Origin: Erythrobacter sp. UBA1916
GTDB taxonomy: Bacteria; Pseudomonadota; Alphaproteobacteria; Sphingomonadales; Sphingomonadaceae
NCBI GenBank assembly: GCA_002337385.1
Contig: DDFY01000038.1
Span: 4,795 to 68,794 of the forward strand
DNA: 64,000 bases
Direction: 5' to 3'
In this document: positions 8,628-18,922 of the stretch, one piece after another
Numbering within the stretch: the first letter of the stretch is position 1
How the letters are laid out: every line of letters starts with the position of its first letter
The notes under the pieces: model-generated
The model's database searches: none
Told to the model about the DNA's origin: nothing
The model's input: the letters and a program-made list of their open reading frames with translations, nothing else
Program-made: the position numbers and the translations under genes

Positions 8628-9364
8628 ACATCGGAGCCAAGCGGTAGCCAGGCTGGCACCAGATCATTCGGGATACCCTCGATTCGCAGGTGATCGACGG
8701 CATAGCCCAGTTCGGAATACGCGGCCTTTCTGCGCTTCTCTTCAGAGCGGTCGAGCGGGACGACCACCAGCCGCCGGTTGACTTTCTGCCGCCAGTTCAT
8801 CCGGGCGGTGTTTTCCTGCCCGACATAACAGCCCTTGGTGAAGCTCACGCCATTGAGTTCAACCGCATTGGTTTCGAGCCACAGAATGTCGCTCAGTTCC
8901 GCGCGGCCCTCTGGCACGCCACAGGTCAGGCGATGGGCCAGCCAGGCTGCGTCGCCGGGGGCCGCATCTTCGGCGGGGGCCGGGCCAAGGCCGCGCCAAC
9001 CCAGCGCGGAAAGGCGCGGGTCAGGCGTTGTGGCGGCCCCATCGGCCGCATCGGGCGACCACCACACGGTGAGCGCCGGATCGCGCGCAATCGCGATCTT
9101 GCGGCGCAGGCGATAGAGCGACAGTCGCTTCGCCAGCTCGTCGGCGTGCTCGGCCTCGCAGTCGAGCAGAAGATCGTCCCCTTCGCGCCAGACGAGGAAA
9201 TCGAACATCGTCTTGCCCTGCGCCGTCAGCAGCGCGGCATAGACCGGGAGCGGCCCGGCCACGTCGTTGGTGACGAGGCCTTGCAGGAACTGGGCAACGT
9301 CCTCTTCGCTGTCTTGTGGGGAGAGCCGGATAACGGCGCGGTGGGAAAGGGGCAGGGCAGTCAT
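8624..9364 (-). CDS. ygfZ: YgfZ/GcvT-like folate-binding Fe-S maturation protein
   Basis: FLQGLVTND and KGCYVGQE signature. Confidence 0.9.
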   Translation of the reverse strand: MTALPLSHRAVIRLSPQDSEEDVAQFLQGLVTNDVAGPLPVYAALLTAQGKTMFDFLVWREGDDLLLDCEAEHADELAKRLSLYRLRRKIAIARDPALTVWWSPDAADGAATTPDPRLSALGWRGLGPAPAEDAAPGDAAWLAHRLTCGVPEGRAELSDILWLETNAVELNGVSFTKGCYVGQENTARMNWRQKVNRRLVVVPLDRSEEKRRKAAYSELGYAVDHLRIEGIPNDLVPAWLPLGSDV

Positions 9365-9444
9365 GCCACCATAGGTGGGAGCAAGCAGCAGTGCGTGCAA
9401 GCCGGGGACTGTTCGTTCGCCGCGCCGTGTGGCAGAGCGCGCTC

Positions 9445-10482
9445 ATGACCGACACGATCACGATCCCCCGTCCCGACGATTGGCACCTGCACCTGCGCGA
9501 TGGCGCGGTGATGGAGGGCGTGCTGCCCTATACCGCGCGCCAGTTTGGCCGCGCGATCGTTATGCCCAACCTCGTCCCGCCGGTGACCACCAGCGATGCC
9601 GCCGTTGCCTATCGCGACCGCATTGTGGCCGCGCTGCCCGAGGGGGCGGCGTTCACTCCGCTGATGACCGCCTATCTCACCGACGCCACCGACCCCGCCG
9701 ATATCCGCGCCGGGTTTGAGGCAGGCATTTTTACCGCGGCCAAGCTCTATCCCGCCGGGGCCACCACCAATTCAGCCTCGGGCGTGACCGACCTCGCCAA
9801 TGTCCGCAAGGTGCTTGAGACCATGGCCGAGATCGGGATGGTGTTCTGCGTCCATGGCGAAGTGACACATGCCGACATCGACATTTTCGATCGCGAGGCC
9901 GTGTTCATCGAACGCACGCTGGCGCCGTTGGTGCGCGACCTGCCCGAGCTGAAGGTGGTGTTCGAACATATCACCACCGAAGAAGCGGCGGACTTTGTCG
10001 AGGCCTCCGGCGCGAACGTTGCCGCCACGATCACGCCGCAGCACCTCCACATCAACCGCAATGCCATGCTGGTCGGCGGGATCAGGCCGCACGCCTATTG
10101 CCTGCCGGTGGCCAAGCGTGAGCATCACCGGCTGAGCCTGCGCCGCCTTGCCACCTCAGGCAATGCGCGGGTCTTCCTCGGCACCGACAGCGCCCCCCAT
10201 GCGCGCGAGGCAAAGGAGACCGCCTGCGGCTGTGCCGGGATCTTCAACGCGCCCTATGCGCTCGAAAGCTACGCCACGGTGTTCGACGAAGAAGACGCGC
10301 TCGACAAGTTCGAGGGCTTTGCCAGCCGTAACGGTCCGGCTTTTTATGGCCTGACGGTCAGCGAAAAGACGGTCACGCTGGTGCGCGAGGAACAGCAGGT
10401 GCCCGCCACGGTCGAACTGGCAGGCACGCACTATGTGCCCTTCCACGCGGGTGAAACGCTCGGCTGGAAGCTGGCGGACTAG
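9445..10482 (+). CDS. pyrC: Dihydroorotase (homodimeric type)
   Basis: [31 protein letters not shown]. Confidence 0.97.
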   Translation: MTDTITIPRPDDWHLHLRDGAVMEGVLPYTARQFGRAIVMPNLVPPVTTSDAAVAYRDRIVAALPEGAAFTPLMTAYLTDATDPADIRAGFEAGIFTAAKLYPAGATTNSASGVTDLANVRKVLETMAEIGMVFCVHGEVTHADIDIFDREAVFIERTLAPLVRDLPELKVVFEHITTEEAADFVEASGANVAATITPQHLHINRNAMLVGGIRPHAYCLPVAKREHHRLSLRRLATSGNARVFLGTDSAPHAREAKETACGCAGIFNAPYALESYATVFDEEDALDKFEGFASRNGPAFYGLTVSEKTVTLVREEQQVPATVELAGTHYVPFHAGETLGWKLAD

Positions 10483-11384
10483 GCCGGGCGCGCTGCGGGG
10501 CGGCGCGACGATCGCACCAGGTCCCATGTGAACAGCGTGGCCGCTGCCCAGATAGCGATGAAGCAGGCCAACTGCGCTGGGTGCAGCTCCTCGCCGAACA
10601 CGAACAGGCCGAGCAGGAACACCAGCGTGGGTGAGAGAAACTGCAGGAAGCCCATCACGGTGTAGGGCATGGCCCGTGCCGCAGTGGCGAAGAGCAGCAG
10701 CGGCACGGCGGTCATCGGTCCGCCAAGCACCATGCCGAAGGTTTCCAGCCCGTCGCGGCCCATGGCGAGCCCGGGCCCCATGTTCGCGCTCCAGAGAAGA
10801 AAGCCGATCGCGAGCGGTGCCAGCACCATCGATTCGACTGCGAGGCCCACCACCGGCCCGGCCGCCACGGTCTTACGCAGCAGGCCATAGATGCCAAAGC
10901 TGGTGGCCAAGGTCAGGCTTACCCACAAGGTCGTCAGCGCCCCTGCAGACAGGGCCGCGACCCCGATCCCCGCCAGCGCCACCGCGCCCCATTGCCGCCG
11001 CGTCAGCTTCTCGCCGAGGAACACCAGCCCCAGTAGCATCATGGTCAGGGGCAGGATGTAATAGCCAAGGCTGGCGGCATAGACGTGGTCGGTCTGGATC
11101 GCCCAGACATAGAGGCACCAGTTCACCGCGATCAGCCCGGCGCTCGCCAGCAGTGTGAGCATGGCGCGACGGTCGGCAAGCACGGCGGCCAGCTCACCCA
11201 TTCCGCTGCGAAAGGCGATGATCGCAAGGCATAGCGGCAGGGTGAACAGCGTGCGCCAGGCGACATATTCGAACACCGGCACATTGTGGACCAGCTGCAG
11301 ATAGAGCGGCATCGAGCCCCAGATCGCATGGGCGCCGAGGGCGAAAGTGAGCGCGCGTCTGCTGCCGATGGTCGATTGGGTCAT
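10479..11384 (-). CDS. rarD: EamA/DMT transporter RarD
   Basis: About 10 TM helices, [26 protein letters not shown]. Confidence 0.88.
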   Translation of the reverse strand: MTQSTIGSRRALTFALGAHAIWGSMPLYLQLVHNVPVFEYVAWRTLFTLPLCLAIIAFRSGMGELAAVLADRRAMLTLLASAGLIAVNWCLYVWAIQTDHVYAASLGYYILPLTMMLLGLVFLGEKLTRRQWGAVALAGIGVAALSAGALTTLWVSLTLATSFGIYGLLRKTVAAGPVVGLAVESMVLAPLAIGFLLWSANMGPGLAMGRDGLETFGMVLGGPMTAVPLLLFATAARAMPYTVMGFLQFLSPTLVFLLGLFVFGEELHPAQLACFIAIWAAATLFTWDLVRSSRRPAARPA

Positions 11385-11635
11385 TTCACCTCAAGCGGTA
11401 GGAGCAAGCTCTGCTTCCGGCAAGCTTGCCGCGCTGTTGCCGCCGGTTCAGCCTGGTTGCGCTAGATAGGTTGCGAATCGAGATGCGATTTATCTCGATC
11501 AGTCGATGGCGCGTCGCCTGTTCCCCTGTCGGGCGGCGCGGCAGCGGGCCTTCCAGGTCGGACTGCGGAAGGCATCGCCGGGGCGCTCGCGGCGCAGATC
11601 TGCGCGCGGGCGCCCTGATAGGCAAGGGGGCTTGC

Positions 11636-13054
11636 TCAGACTTCGCTAAAACCAACGCCCACGCTCGCGCGGGGTTGTTCCATCTCGGTGCTGGTGACGG
11701 GGTAGGCACAATAGTCGGCGGCATAGAAGGCGGCCGGGCGGTGATTGCCCGAAAAGCCGACCCCGCCGAACGGCGCTGCCGACGAGGCCCCGTTGGTGGG
11801 CCGGTTCCAGTTTACGATCCCTGCGCGGATATTGGCCCAGAAGCGGCTGTACTGCGCCGGATCGCCCCCGACCAGCGAGGCCGAAAGGCCGAACCGGGTG
11901 TTGTTCGCCTCGGCGATGGCATCGTCGAAGTCGTCGACCCTTATCACCTGTAGCAGGGGGCCGAACAGCTCGACGTCGGGGCGCTCGGCCATGCCGGTCA
12001 CGTCGACCAGCGCCGGGGTCACAAAGGGCAGACCTTCGCGCGGACGGCGCATGTGGGTGATCGCCTTGCCGCCATTCGAGATCAGGTACAGGAAGCTCTC
12101 GGTCAGCTGGTCGGCGGTGTGCATGTCGATCACCGGGCCGATAAAGGGCTGCGGATCGTCGAACGGCTCGCCGATCACGATGCGCTCGGTCAGCGCCTTC
12201 ACCGCGCCGATCACGTCGTCGTACATCGAGTTCTTCACGATCAGCCGCCGCGCGGCGGTGCAGCGCTGGCCGGCGGTGGTGAAGGCGCTTTGGACGATCA
12301 AGGCGGCGACATCGTCGATCTTGGGCGTATCCCACACCACCAGCGGATTGTTCCCGCCCATCTCGAGCGCGACGATCTTGCCCGGTTCGGTCGCCAGCTT
12401 GCGGTTGATGGCAATGCCAACCTGCGCCGAGCCGGTGAACAGCACGCCATCGACATCGGGATGGGCGACCAGGTCCTTGCCTTCGTCAGGCCCGCCGATC
12501 AGCAGCTGCACCACGGCTTCGGGCACGCCCGCGCGCACGAAGAACGAGAGCAGCTTTTCGCCGACGGCTGGCGTCTTCTCGCTCGGCTTGAGGATGACCG
12601 CGTTGCCCGCGATCAGGGCAGGGATGATGTGGCCGTTGGGCAGGTGGGCGGGGAAATTGTACGGCCCGAGCACCGCCATCACACCGTGCGGCTTGTGCCG
12701 CAACGCGGCGGCGCCCTGGAGCGCGCTGTCGAGTTTGCGCTGGCCGGTACGCTCGGCATAGGCGCGGACCGAAATTTCGACCTTGGCCATCACCGCCTCG
12801 ACCTCGGTGCGCGCTTCCCACAAGGGCTTGCCGGTTTCGCGCGCGATCAGTTCGGCGAACTCGTCCTGATCCTTGCGCACTTCGTTGGCGAAGCGGCGCA
12901 TCCGCTCGATCCGGGTGGCGAGCGGCTGCGAAGCCCAGGCGGGCCAAGCCTCGCGGGCACGCGCGACCAGTTCGTCGACATTGCCGTGCGGCGCGCGCCA
13001 CAGCTCGGCCCCGGTGGCCGGTTCATAGGAAATCAGGTTAGGCACGTCGGACAA
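11636..13054 (-). CDS. astD: Succinylglutamate-semialdehyde dehydrogenase
   Basis: GPYNFPAHLPNGH, LEMGGNNP, GQRCT, GNHRP.AFYAADYCAYP. Confidence 0.92.
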   Translation of the reverse strand: MSDVPNLISYEPATGAELWRAPHGNVDELVARAREAWPAWASQPLATRIERMRRFANEVRKDQDEFAELIARETGKPLWEARTEVEAVMAKVEISVRAYAERTGQRKLDSALQGAAALRHKPHGVMAVLGPYNFPAHLPNGHIIPALIAGNAVILKPSEKTPAVGEKLLSFFVRAGVPEAVVQLLIGGPDEGKDLVAHPDVDGVLFTGSAQVGIAINRKLATEPGKIVALEMGGNNPLVVWDTPKIDDVAALIVQSAFTTAGQRCTAARRLIVKNSMYDDVIGAVKALTERIVIGEPFDDPQPFIGPVIDMHTADQLTESFLYLISNGGKAITHMRRPREGLPFVTPALVDVTGMAERPDVELFGPLLQVIRVDDFDDAIAEANNTRFGLSASLVGGDPAQYSRFWANIRAGIVNWNRPTNGASSAAPFGGVGFSGNHRPAAFYAADYCAYPVTSTEMEQPRASVGVGFSEV

Positions 13055-13118
13055 GGTCTCGTTTCCTTCAGACTTGGTTTCATCTGTTTCTTAAGGCCAC
13101 ATTTGCCAACACGCAAAG

Positions 13119-14531
13119 TCACGCTGGCTGAGGCGGTACATGGCCCATTGGTGCGGGCGCATCACCCAGAGCGTCACCCAGCGCGCGCACCCGCGCAAGC
13201 TTGGCCGCGAGTGGCTCCCAGTCGTCGTTCTGCGCGATGGCGTCCCAGATCGCCTCGACCTCCTCGATCAGCATCGATTCGGTCTCAGCACTATCCCAAT
13301 AGGCGCTGTCTGACGGCAGCGCGTTGCGGCCCGTCAAAGCCTCGGCCAATGCGCCTTCACCAGCGCGCCCACCGCGATGGCGGTGGAAGAAGGAATCAGG
13401 CCCGATCTGTCCTTCGCGCATCACCACCTCGGCTGCGCTGACCAGCGCGCGGTCAGCCTCCTCGCCGCCGCTTTCGACACCCAGCCGCCAGCAGAAGCGC
13501 CGCAGCATGGACGCTTCGTAGAGCGGGCCGAAGCGGTTGAGCGCCGCCAGCAGCGCGTCGCTGTCGGCCAGCGGGCGCAGGGCGATGGCGAGCTGGGCCA
13601 GGTTCCAGCGTATCGCCTCGGGCTGGCGACCGAAGGCATAGAGGCCCTGATGGTCGAAATAGGCGGCGGTGAACTGCGGGTCCCACTTGGGCAGGAAGCG
13701 CCAGGGGCCGTAGTCAAAGCTTTCGCCGGTGAGGTTGATGTTATCGGTGTTGAGCACGCCGTGGACGAAGCCCGCGACCATGTAGCTGGCGGCAAGATCG
13801 GCAAGGCGTTCGGCGGCCTGATGCAGCAGGATCACTGCCGGATTGTCACGCTCGGGTGCATCCTCAGGGGGAAGGGGGCCGGGAAACTGCGCCAGGCAAT
13901 AGTCGACCAGTTGTGCAAGGTGTTCGTGCTCTTCCAGCACCAGCAGCCGCTGAAAGCTGCCTATGCGGATGTGCGAGTGGGAGAGGCGCACCAGCACCGC
14001 CGAGCGGGTCGGGCTGGGCTCGTCGTTGCGCCACAGGCTCTCGCCGGTTTCGATCACCGAGAAGGTCTTGCTGGTGTTCACCCCCAGCGCTTCGAGCATC
14101 TCGGTGGCAAGAATCTCGCGCACCGCGCCTTTCAGCGTCAGGCGGCCATCGCCCGAGCGGCTCCACGGGGTCTGCCCGCTGCCCTTGGTGCCGAGGTCAA
14201 GCAGGCGGTCCGCCCCGTCGCGCAGCTGCGCGAACAGGAACCCGCGTCCGTCGCCAATCTCCGGGTTGTAGGTGCGGAACTGGTGGCCGTGATAACGCAA
14301 GGCGAGCGGCTGGGGCAGGTTGTCGGGCAGGGCCTCGAAGCGGCCAAAATGGGCGATCCATTGCTCGTCGGAAAGCGTGTCGAGACCGACCGTCCGGTCA
14401 TGCCGCTGGTTGCGGAAACGCAGGGTTGCCTCGGGGAATGTCGCCGCCTCGACCGGGTCGGCGAGGAAGTCGGCCACTCCGGTGATTTGCGGGTCGGCAC
14501 GGTAGGCTGCTGCGGGAGGGGCTTGACGCAT
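13119..14531 (-). CDS. selO: Protein adenylyltransferase SelO/YdiU family
   Basis: YHGHQF...GDGRG, KGSGQTPWSRSGDGR, GFVHGVLNTDN, DYGP; start uncertain (14531 or 14549). Confidence 0.92.
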   Translation of the reverse strand: MRQAPPAAAYRADPQITGVADFLADPVEAATFPEATLRFRNQRHDRTVGLDTLSDEQWIAHFGRFEALPDNLPQPLALRYHGHQFRTYNPEIGDGRGFLFAQLRDGADRLLDLGTKGSGQTPWSRSGDGRLTLKGAVREILATEMLEALGVNTSKTFSVIETGESLWRNDEPSPTRSAVLVRLSHSHIRIGSFQRLLVLEEHEHLAQLVDYCLAQFPGPLPPEDAPERDNPAVILLHQAAERLADLAASYMVAGFVHGVLNTDNINLTGESFDYGPWRFLPKWDPQFTAAYFDHQGLYAFGRQPEAIRWNLAQLAIALRPLADSDALLAALNRFGPLYEASMLRRFCWRLGVESGGEEADRALVSAAEVVMREGQIGPDSFFHRHRGGRAGEGALAEALTGRNALPSDSAYWDSAETESMLIEEVEAIWDAIAQNDDWEPLAAKLARVRALGDALGDAPAPMGHVPPQPA

Positions 14532-14602
14532 AAGCGCATAAGTGGCCATCGCAGCGCCGTGGCGCAACCGGCCCACGCAAGACAAAGGTGGCAGTGCACG
14601 CC

Positions 14603-15472
14603 ATGACGACGAGCGAATATGCGGATCTGTATTGGGAAAGCGCCGAAGGGCTGAAGCTCCACGCACGCGACTATCCCGGCCCGGCCGACCGCCCCGCGAT
14701 CCTGTGTCTGCCCGGCCTCACCCGCAATGCGCGTGATTTCGAGCCGGTGGCGGAGGCCTTCGCTGGCGAGTGGCGCGTGCTTGCGCCTGAGTTCCGCGGA
14801 CGGGGCGACAGCGACTATGCCAAGGAATCGGATAGCTACGTTCCGCTCACCTATGTGGACGACGTGCTGGCGCTGGTCGATGAGCTGAAGCTCACCAAGG
14901 TGGTCGCCATCGGCACGTCGCTTGGCGGAATTGTCACGACTCTGCTTGCGCTGCAACGGCCCGACCTGCTGGCGGGCGCGGTGCTTAACGATATCGGCCC
15001 GGTGATCGAGACCGAGGGGATGGAGCGCATCCGCGACTATGTGGGGCAGGGCCGCAGCTTCCCGACCTGGATGCACGCCGCGCGCGCCCTGCGCGAAAGC
15101 TCGCTGCACATCTATCCCGACTATGCCATCGAGGACTGGCTCACGCTCGCCAAGCGGATGATGTGCGTGGGCAACAACGGCCGCATTGCCTACGACTACG
15201 ACATGAAGATTGCCGAGCCGTTCTCCGACCCCGCCGCGCTTGACAACCTCGACCTGTGGCCTGCGTTTGAGGCGCTGGGCGGAAGGCCGGGGCTGGTACT
15301 GCGCGGCGAACTCTCGGATCTGCTCTCGCCCGCGACCTTTGCCGCCATGGGTCAGCGGCTGGCCGGGTTCGACTGCGTGACCGTGCCGCGCGTGGGCCAC
15401 GCGCCGACGCTGGCCGAGCCCGAGGCGCAGGCAGCCATAGCGCGGCTGCTCGAGCGGGTGCTTGGCGCATGA
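14603..15472 (+). CDS. Alpha/beta fold hydrolase
   Basis: CLPGLTRN, GTSLGG nucleophile elbow, GHAP. Confidence 0.9.
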   Translation: MTTSEYADLYWESAEGLKLHARDYPGPADRPAILCLPGLTRNARDFEPVAEAFAGEWRVLAPEFRGRGDSDYAKESDSYVPLTYVDDVLALVDELKLTKVVAIGTSLGGIVTTLLALQRPDLLAGAVLNDIGPVIETEGMERIRDYVGQGRSFPTWMHAARALRESSLHIYPDYAIEDWLTLAKRMMCVGNNGRIAYDYDMKIAEPFSDPAALDNLDLWPAFEALGGRPGLVLRGELSDLLSPATFAAMGQRLAGFDCVTVPRVGHAPTLAEPEAQAAIARLLERVLGA

Positions 15473-16626
15473 GCAAGGCTCCGCGGATATTGCACCTGCA
15501 CTCGACTTTCGATGCCGGAGGCAAGGAAGTGCGCTGCGTGCGCCTCATCAACCACTGGGGCAAAATCGCCGAACACGCCATCGTGTCGGGCGACCCCGAA
15601 CGGCGCGGGGCTGCACACCTGCTGGGCAAGGCGGCGAAGGTCAGCTGGCCGAAGTTTCCCTCGCTCACCGGCAAGCCGACGCCGGGGCGCTTCAAGAAGC
15701 TGGCCGAGGCCATGGCCGGTTATGACCTGATCTGCACTTACAACTGGGGCGCGATCGACGCGGTGATGGCCCACACGCTGTTTGCCGACATGTTCAAGCT
15801 GCCCCCGCTGGTCCATCACGAGGACGGCTTCAACGAAGACGAGGCGGGCGGCCTCAAGTGGCGGCGCAACTTCTATCGCCGCATTGCGCTCGGGCGGACG
15901 GCGGCGCTGGTGGTGCCCTCGCACACATTGGAGACCATTGCGCTTGACGTATGGCAGCAACCGCGCAGCCGCGTGCAACGGATCGCCAACGGCATCGACA
16001 CCCGCGCCTTCGCCGCGCCGCCCAAGCGCGACATTTTACCCCGCCTGATCAAGCACAAGGACGAGTTCTGGATCGGGACGCTGGCAGGCCTGCGCAAGGT
16101 CAAGCAGCTCGACATGCTGATCCGCGCCATGACCTATGTTCCGCCCGAATGGCAGCTGGTGATCGCGGGCGAGGGACCGGAGCGCGAGAGCCTGCTTGCG
16201 CTGGCCGAAAGCCTCGGCGTGGAAGACCGCGTGCATCTGCCCGGCTTTGTCGCCGAGCCGCAGAAGCTGGTCGGCCTGTTCGATGTGTTCGCGCTGTCCT
16301 CGCAGTCCGAGCAGCAACCGATTTCCCTGATCGAGGCGATGGCAGCGGGTTTGCCCGCCGTGGCACCGCGCGTGGGTGATATCGCCTCGATGGTGGCGTC
16401 AGACAACGGCCCCCTGCTGTTCGAAGCGGGCGATCAGGACGCGCTGACGAAGACGCTCGACAGCTTGGCCCGCGATCCCGCCGTGCGCAAACGGATCGGG
16501 CAGGCCAACCGCGACAAGGCTCGCGCCGAATTTGACGAGCGGCGCATGGTGGAGCGTTACCGCGCGCTTTACTGGGGCCTGATGGACCGCAATGCCTTTA
16601 CCAAGGCCGATGAGGCCTCGGCTTAG
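15469..16626 (+). CDS. Glycosyltransferase family 4
   Basis: NGID, SEQQPISLIEAMAAGLP (E-X7-E motif). Confidence 0.9.
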   Translation: MSKAPRILHLHSTFDAGGKEVRCVRLINHWGKIAEHAIVSGDPERRGAAHLLGKAAKVSWPKFPSLTGKPTPGRFKKLAEAMAGYDLICTYNWGAIDAVMAHTLFADMFKLPPLVHHEDGFNEDEAGGLKWRRNFYRRIALGRTAALVVPSHTLETIALDVWQQPRSRVQRIANGIDTRAFAAPPKRDILPRLIKHKDEFWIGTLAGLRKVKQLDMLIRAMTYVPPEWQLVIAGEGPERESLLALAESLGVEDRVHLPGFVAEPQKLVGLFDVFALSSQSEQQPISLIEAMAAGLPAVAPRVGDIASMVASDNGPLLFEAGDQDALTKTLDSLARDPAVRKRIGQANRDKARAEFDERRMVERYRALYWGLMDRNAFTKADEASA

Positions 16627-16755
16627 GCCTTCATTCTCGGTTCACCCGCGCCGGGTCAGCTGGGCACAGCACCGACACAGTTATTGCCAGTTCCCAGCCG
16701 CCCCCCTAAAGAGCGCGACTTATCCGCCCCAAGCAGGACAGATCGAAACAGACCC

Positions 16756-17532
16756 GTGGCCAGCACTCCGACCGATACGCCCAGTTCGCCAAATACCCGC
16801 AAGAGCGCGACCGACGATGTCTTCATGCGCGAAGTGGATGAGGCTGTCCGTCAGGATGAAGTGGCTGACTTCGTTAAGAAATTCGGCTGGCCAATCGGCA
16901 TTTTCGTGGTGCTGGCGCTGGCCGCATTCGGTGGCTGGCTGATCTGGTCAGGGCAGCAGGAAAGCGCGCTGGAGGAAAGCTCCGAGCAGCTGGTCGCCGC
17001 GCTGGACGAGCTGGAAGCGGGCAATACCGACGTTGCCGACGATGAGCTGGCCCAGATTGTCGCGAGTGGCAGCGAAGGGGCAGCCGGAATGGCGCGCCTG
17101 TTGCAGGCCGGGATCGCGCTGGGTCAGAACAAGACCGACGAGGCCGTCGGCCTTTACGGCCAGGTCGCCAACGACCCCAAGCAGCCGCAGGAAATCCGCG
17201 ATCTTGCCAAGGTCCGCATGGTCGCCGCCAACTTTGACAATATGGAGCCGCAGGCGGTGATCGACCAGCTCGGCCCGCTCGCGACGGCAGACAGCCCGTG
17301 GTTTGGCAGTGCAGGCGAGCTCGTGGCTTTTGCCTACCTCGCGCAGGACAAGCCCGATCAGGCCGGGCCGTTGCTCGTCGCCATTGCCAAGGACGAGGAC
17401 GTTCCGGAAAGTCTGCGCTCGCGCACCCGGCAGCTGGCAGGCCTGCTTGGCCACGATGCAATCGATGATGTTGATGCCATGCTGGAAGAACTCGGCGCGG
17501 CCGGACCGCAGCAGGCTGGAGGCTCGCAATGA
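16756..17532 (+). CDS. YfgM-like TPR membrane protein
   Basis: FMREVDEAVRQD, single TM, TPR-like helices; directly upstream of a bamB-like gene. Confidence 0.8.
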   Translation: MASTPTDTPSSPNTRKSATDDVFMREVDEAVRQDEVADFVKKFGWPIGIFVVLALAAFGGWLIWSGQQESALEESSEQLVAALDELEAGNTDVADDELAQIVASGSEGAAGMARLLQAGIALGQNKTDEAVGLYGQVANDPKQPQEIRDLAKVRMVAANFDNMEPQAVIDQLGPLATADSPWFGSAGELVAFAYLAQDKPDQAGPLLVAIAKDEDVPESLRSRTRQLAGLLGHDAIDDVDAMLEELGAAGPQQAGGSQ

Positions 17533-18857
17533 ACCGTAATGTAGGACTTCTGGCCACTCCCATGCTGGCGTTGGCGCTGGCCGGTTGCGGCATGTTCAGC
17601 GGCAAGGAAGAGCCGCGCACGCCCACCCACGGTGAGCGTACCCCGATCCTGTCGCGCATCGCTACGGCGGTTGAGGCCGATCCTGCTCTGGCATCCACAG
17701 CGGTCATCGTGCCGCCAGCGCGCGTAAACGAGAGCTGGCCGCAGGCCGGTGGTAACGCCGCCAAGGTGGCAGGCCACCTTGCGCTGGGGACCAACCCCAC
17801 CCGCGCGTGGACTGCCGACATCGCCGGCAGCACCAAGACCCGCCGCCTCGCCTCCGCGCCAGTGGTGGCAGAGGGGATGGTATTCGCCGTTGATACCTCC
17901 GCCGTGATCTACGCTTTCGATGCGCAGACCGGCGCCAAGCGCTGGGAACACCAGATCCGCGTTTCGGGCGACCTGGAAGACGCGACCTTCGGCGGCGGCG
18001 CTGCCTATGACGATGGCCGCATCTATGCGACCAACGGGGTGGGCGATGTCGTTGCGCTCAACGCTTCCGATGGCACCGAGATTTGGCGCGTGAAGCCCTC
18101 TGGCCCGCTGCGCGGCGCGCCGACCGTAGCGTTCAATTCCGTGTTCGTGATGACGCAGGACAACCAGATTTACGCGCTCGCGACCGCCGATGGCGCGGTC
18201 GAGTGGCAGGATTCTGCGGCGACCGGGCAGGCGGGCGTATTCGGCGTGGCAGCTCCGGCTGCCGGGCAGGGCACGGTCGTGGCCGGCTATTCGTCGGGCG
18301 AGCTGATTGCCTATCGCTATGAAAATGGCCGCAACCTGTGGTCCGACGCGCTTGCGCGCACCTCGATCTCGACTCAGGTCGGCACCTTGACCGACGTTGA
18401 TGCCGATCCGATTATCGATGGTGGTCAGGTCTATGCGCTTGGGCAGGGCGGACGCATGGCCGCCTATCAGCTGACCACCGGCCAGCGTATCTGGGAGCTT
18501 AGTCTCGCAGGGATTTCCACGCCCAGCGTGGTTGGCGAATGGGTCTTCACCCTGACTGACGATTCGCGCATTCTCGCGATTCAGCGCAGCACTGGCCGCA
18601 TTCGCTGGATGAACCAGCTTGACCGCTGGCGTAAGCCGAAGGACCGCGAAGGCCCGATTTTCTGGACTGGCCCGGTGCTCGCCAACAACAAGCTCTGGAT
18701 CGCCAGCTCACGCGGCGAAGTGCGCACGGTTGACGTGATGAGCGGCACCGACACGCTGTTCACCGAGCTGAAGGAAGGCGTATCGCTGCCGCCGGTGGTG
18801 GCCGATCAGACGCTCTACATCCTCGACGATAGCGGCAGGATCACGGCCTTCCGCTGA
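17529..18857 (+). CDS. bamB: PQQ-like beta-propeller lipoprotein (BamB-like)
   Basis: Lipobox LAGC; repeated AxD/NxxT/DGxxxW blades. Confidence 0.8.
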   Translation: MNRNVGLLATPMLALALAGCGMFSGKEEPRTPTHGERTPILSRIATAVEADPALASTAVIVPPARVNESWPQAGGNAAKVAGHLALGTNPTRAWTADIAGSTKTRRLASAPVVAEGMVFAVDTSAVIYAFDAQTGAKRWEHQIRVSGDLEDATFGGGAAYDDGRIYATNGVGDVVALNASDGTEIWRVKPSGPLRGAPTVAFNSVFVMTQDNQIYALATADGAVEWQDSAATGQAGVFGVAAPAAGQGTVVAGYSSGELIAYRYENGRNLWSDALARTSISTQVGTLTDVDADPIIDGGQVYALGQGGRMAAYQLTTGQRIWELSLAGISTPSVVGEWVFTLTDDSRILAIQRSTGRIRWMNQLDRWRKPKDREGPIFWTGPVLANNKLWIASSRGEVRTVDVMSGTDTLFTELKEGVSLPPVVADQTLYILDDSGRITAFR

Positions 18858-18922
18858 GCCCTCGTGCTGCGGCCTCGCCGTATTTATCGCGTCGTTAACC
18901 CTCATGTGCCTATGGCGGCAGT

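Noticed and set aside
11548-11575. CCTTCCAGGTCGGACTGCGGAAGG as SRP RNA or a known riboswitch
   Set aside because: It lacks the exact SRP CAGGTCCGGAAGGAAGCAG core and has no recognisable glycine, B12 or TPP aptamer features
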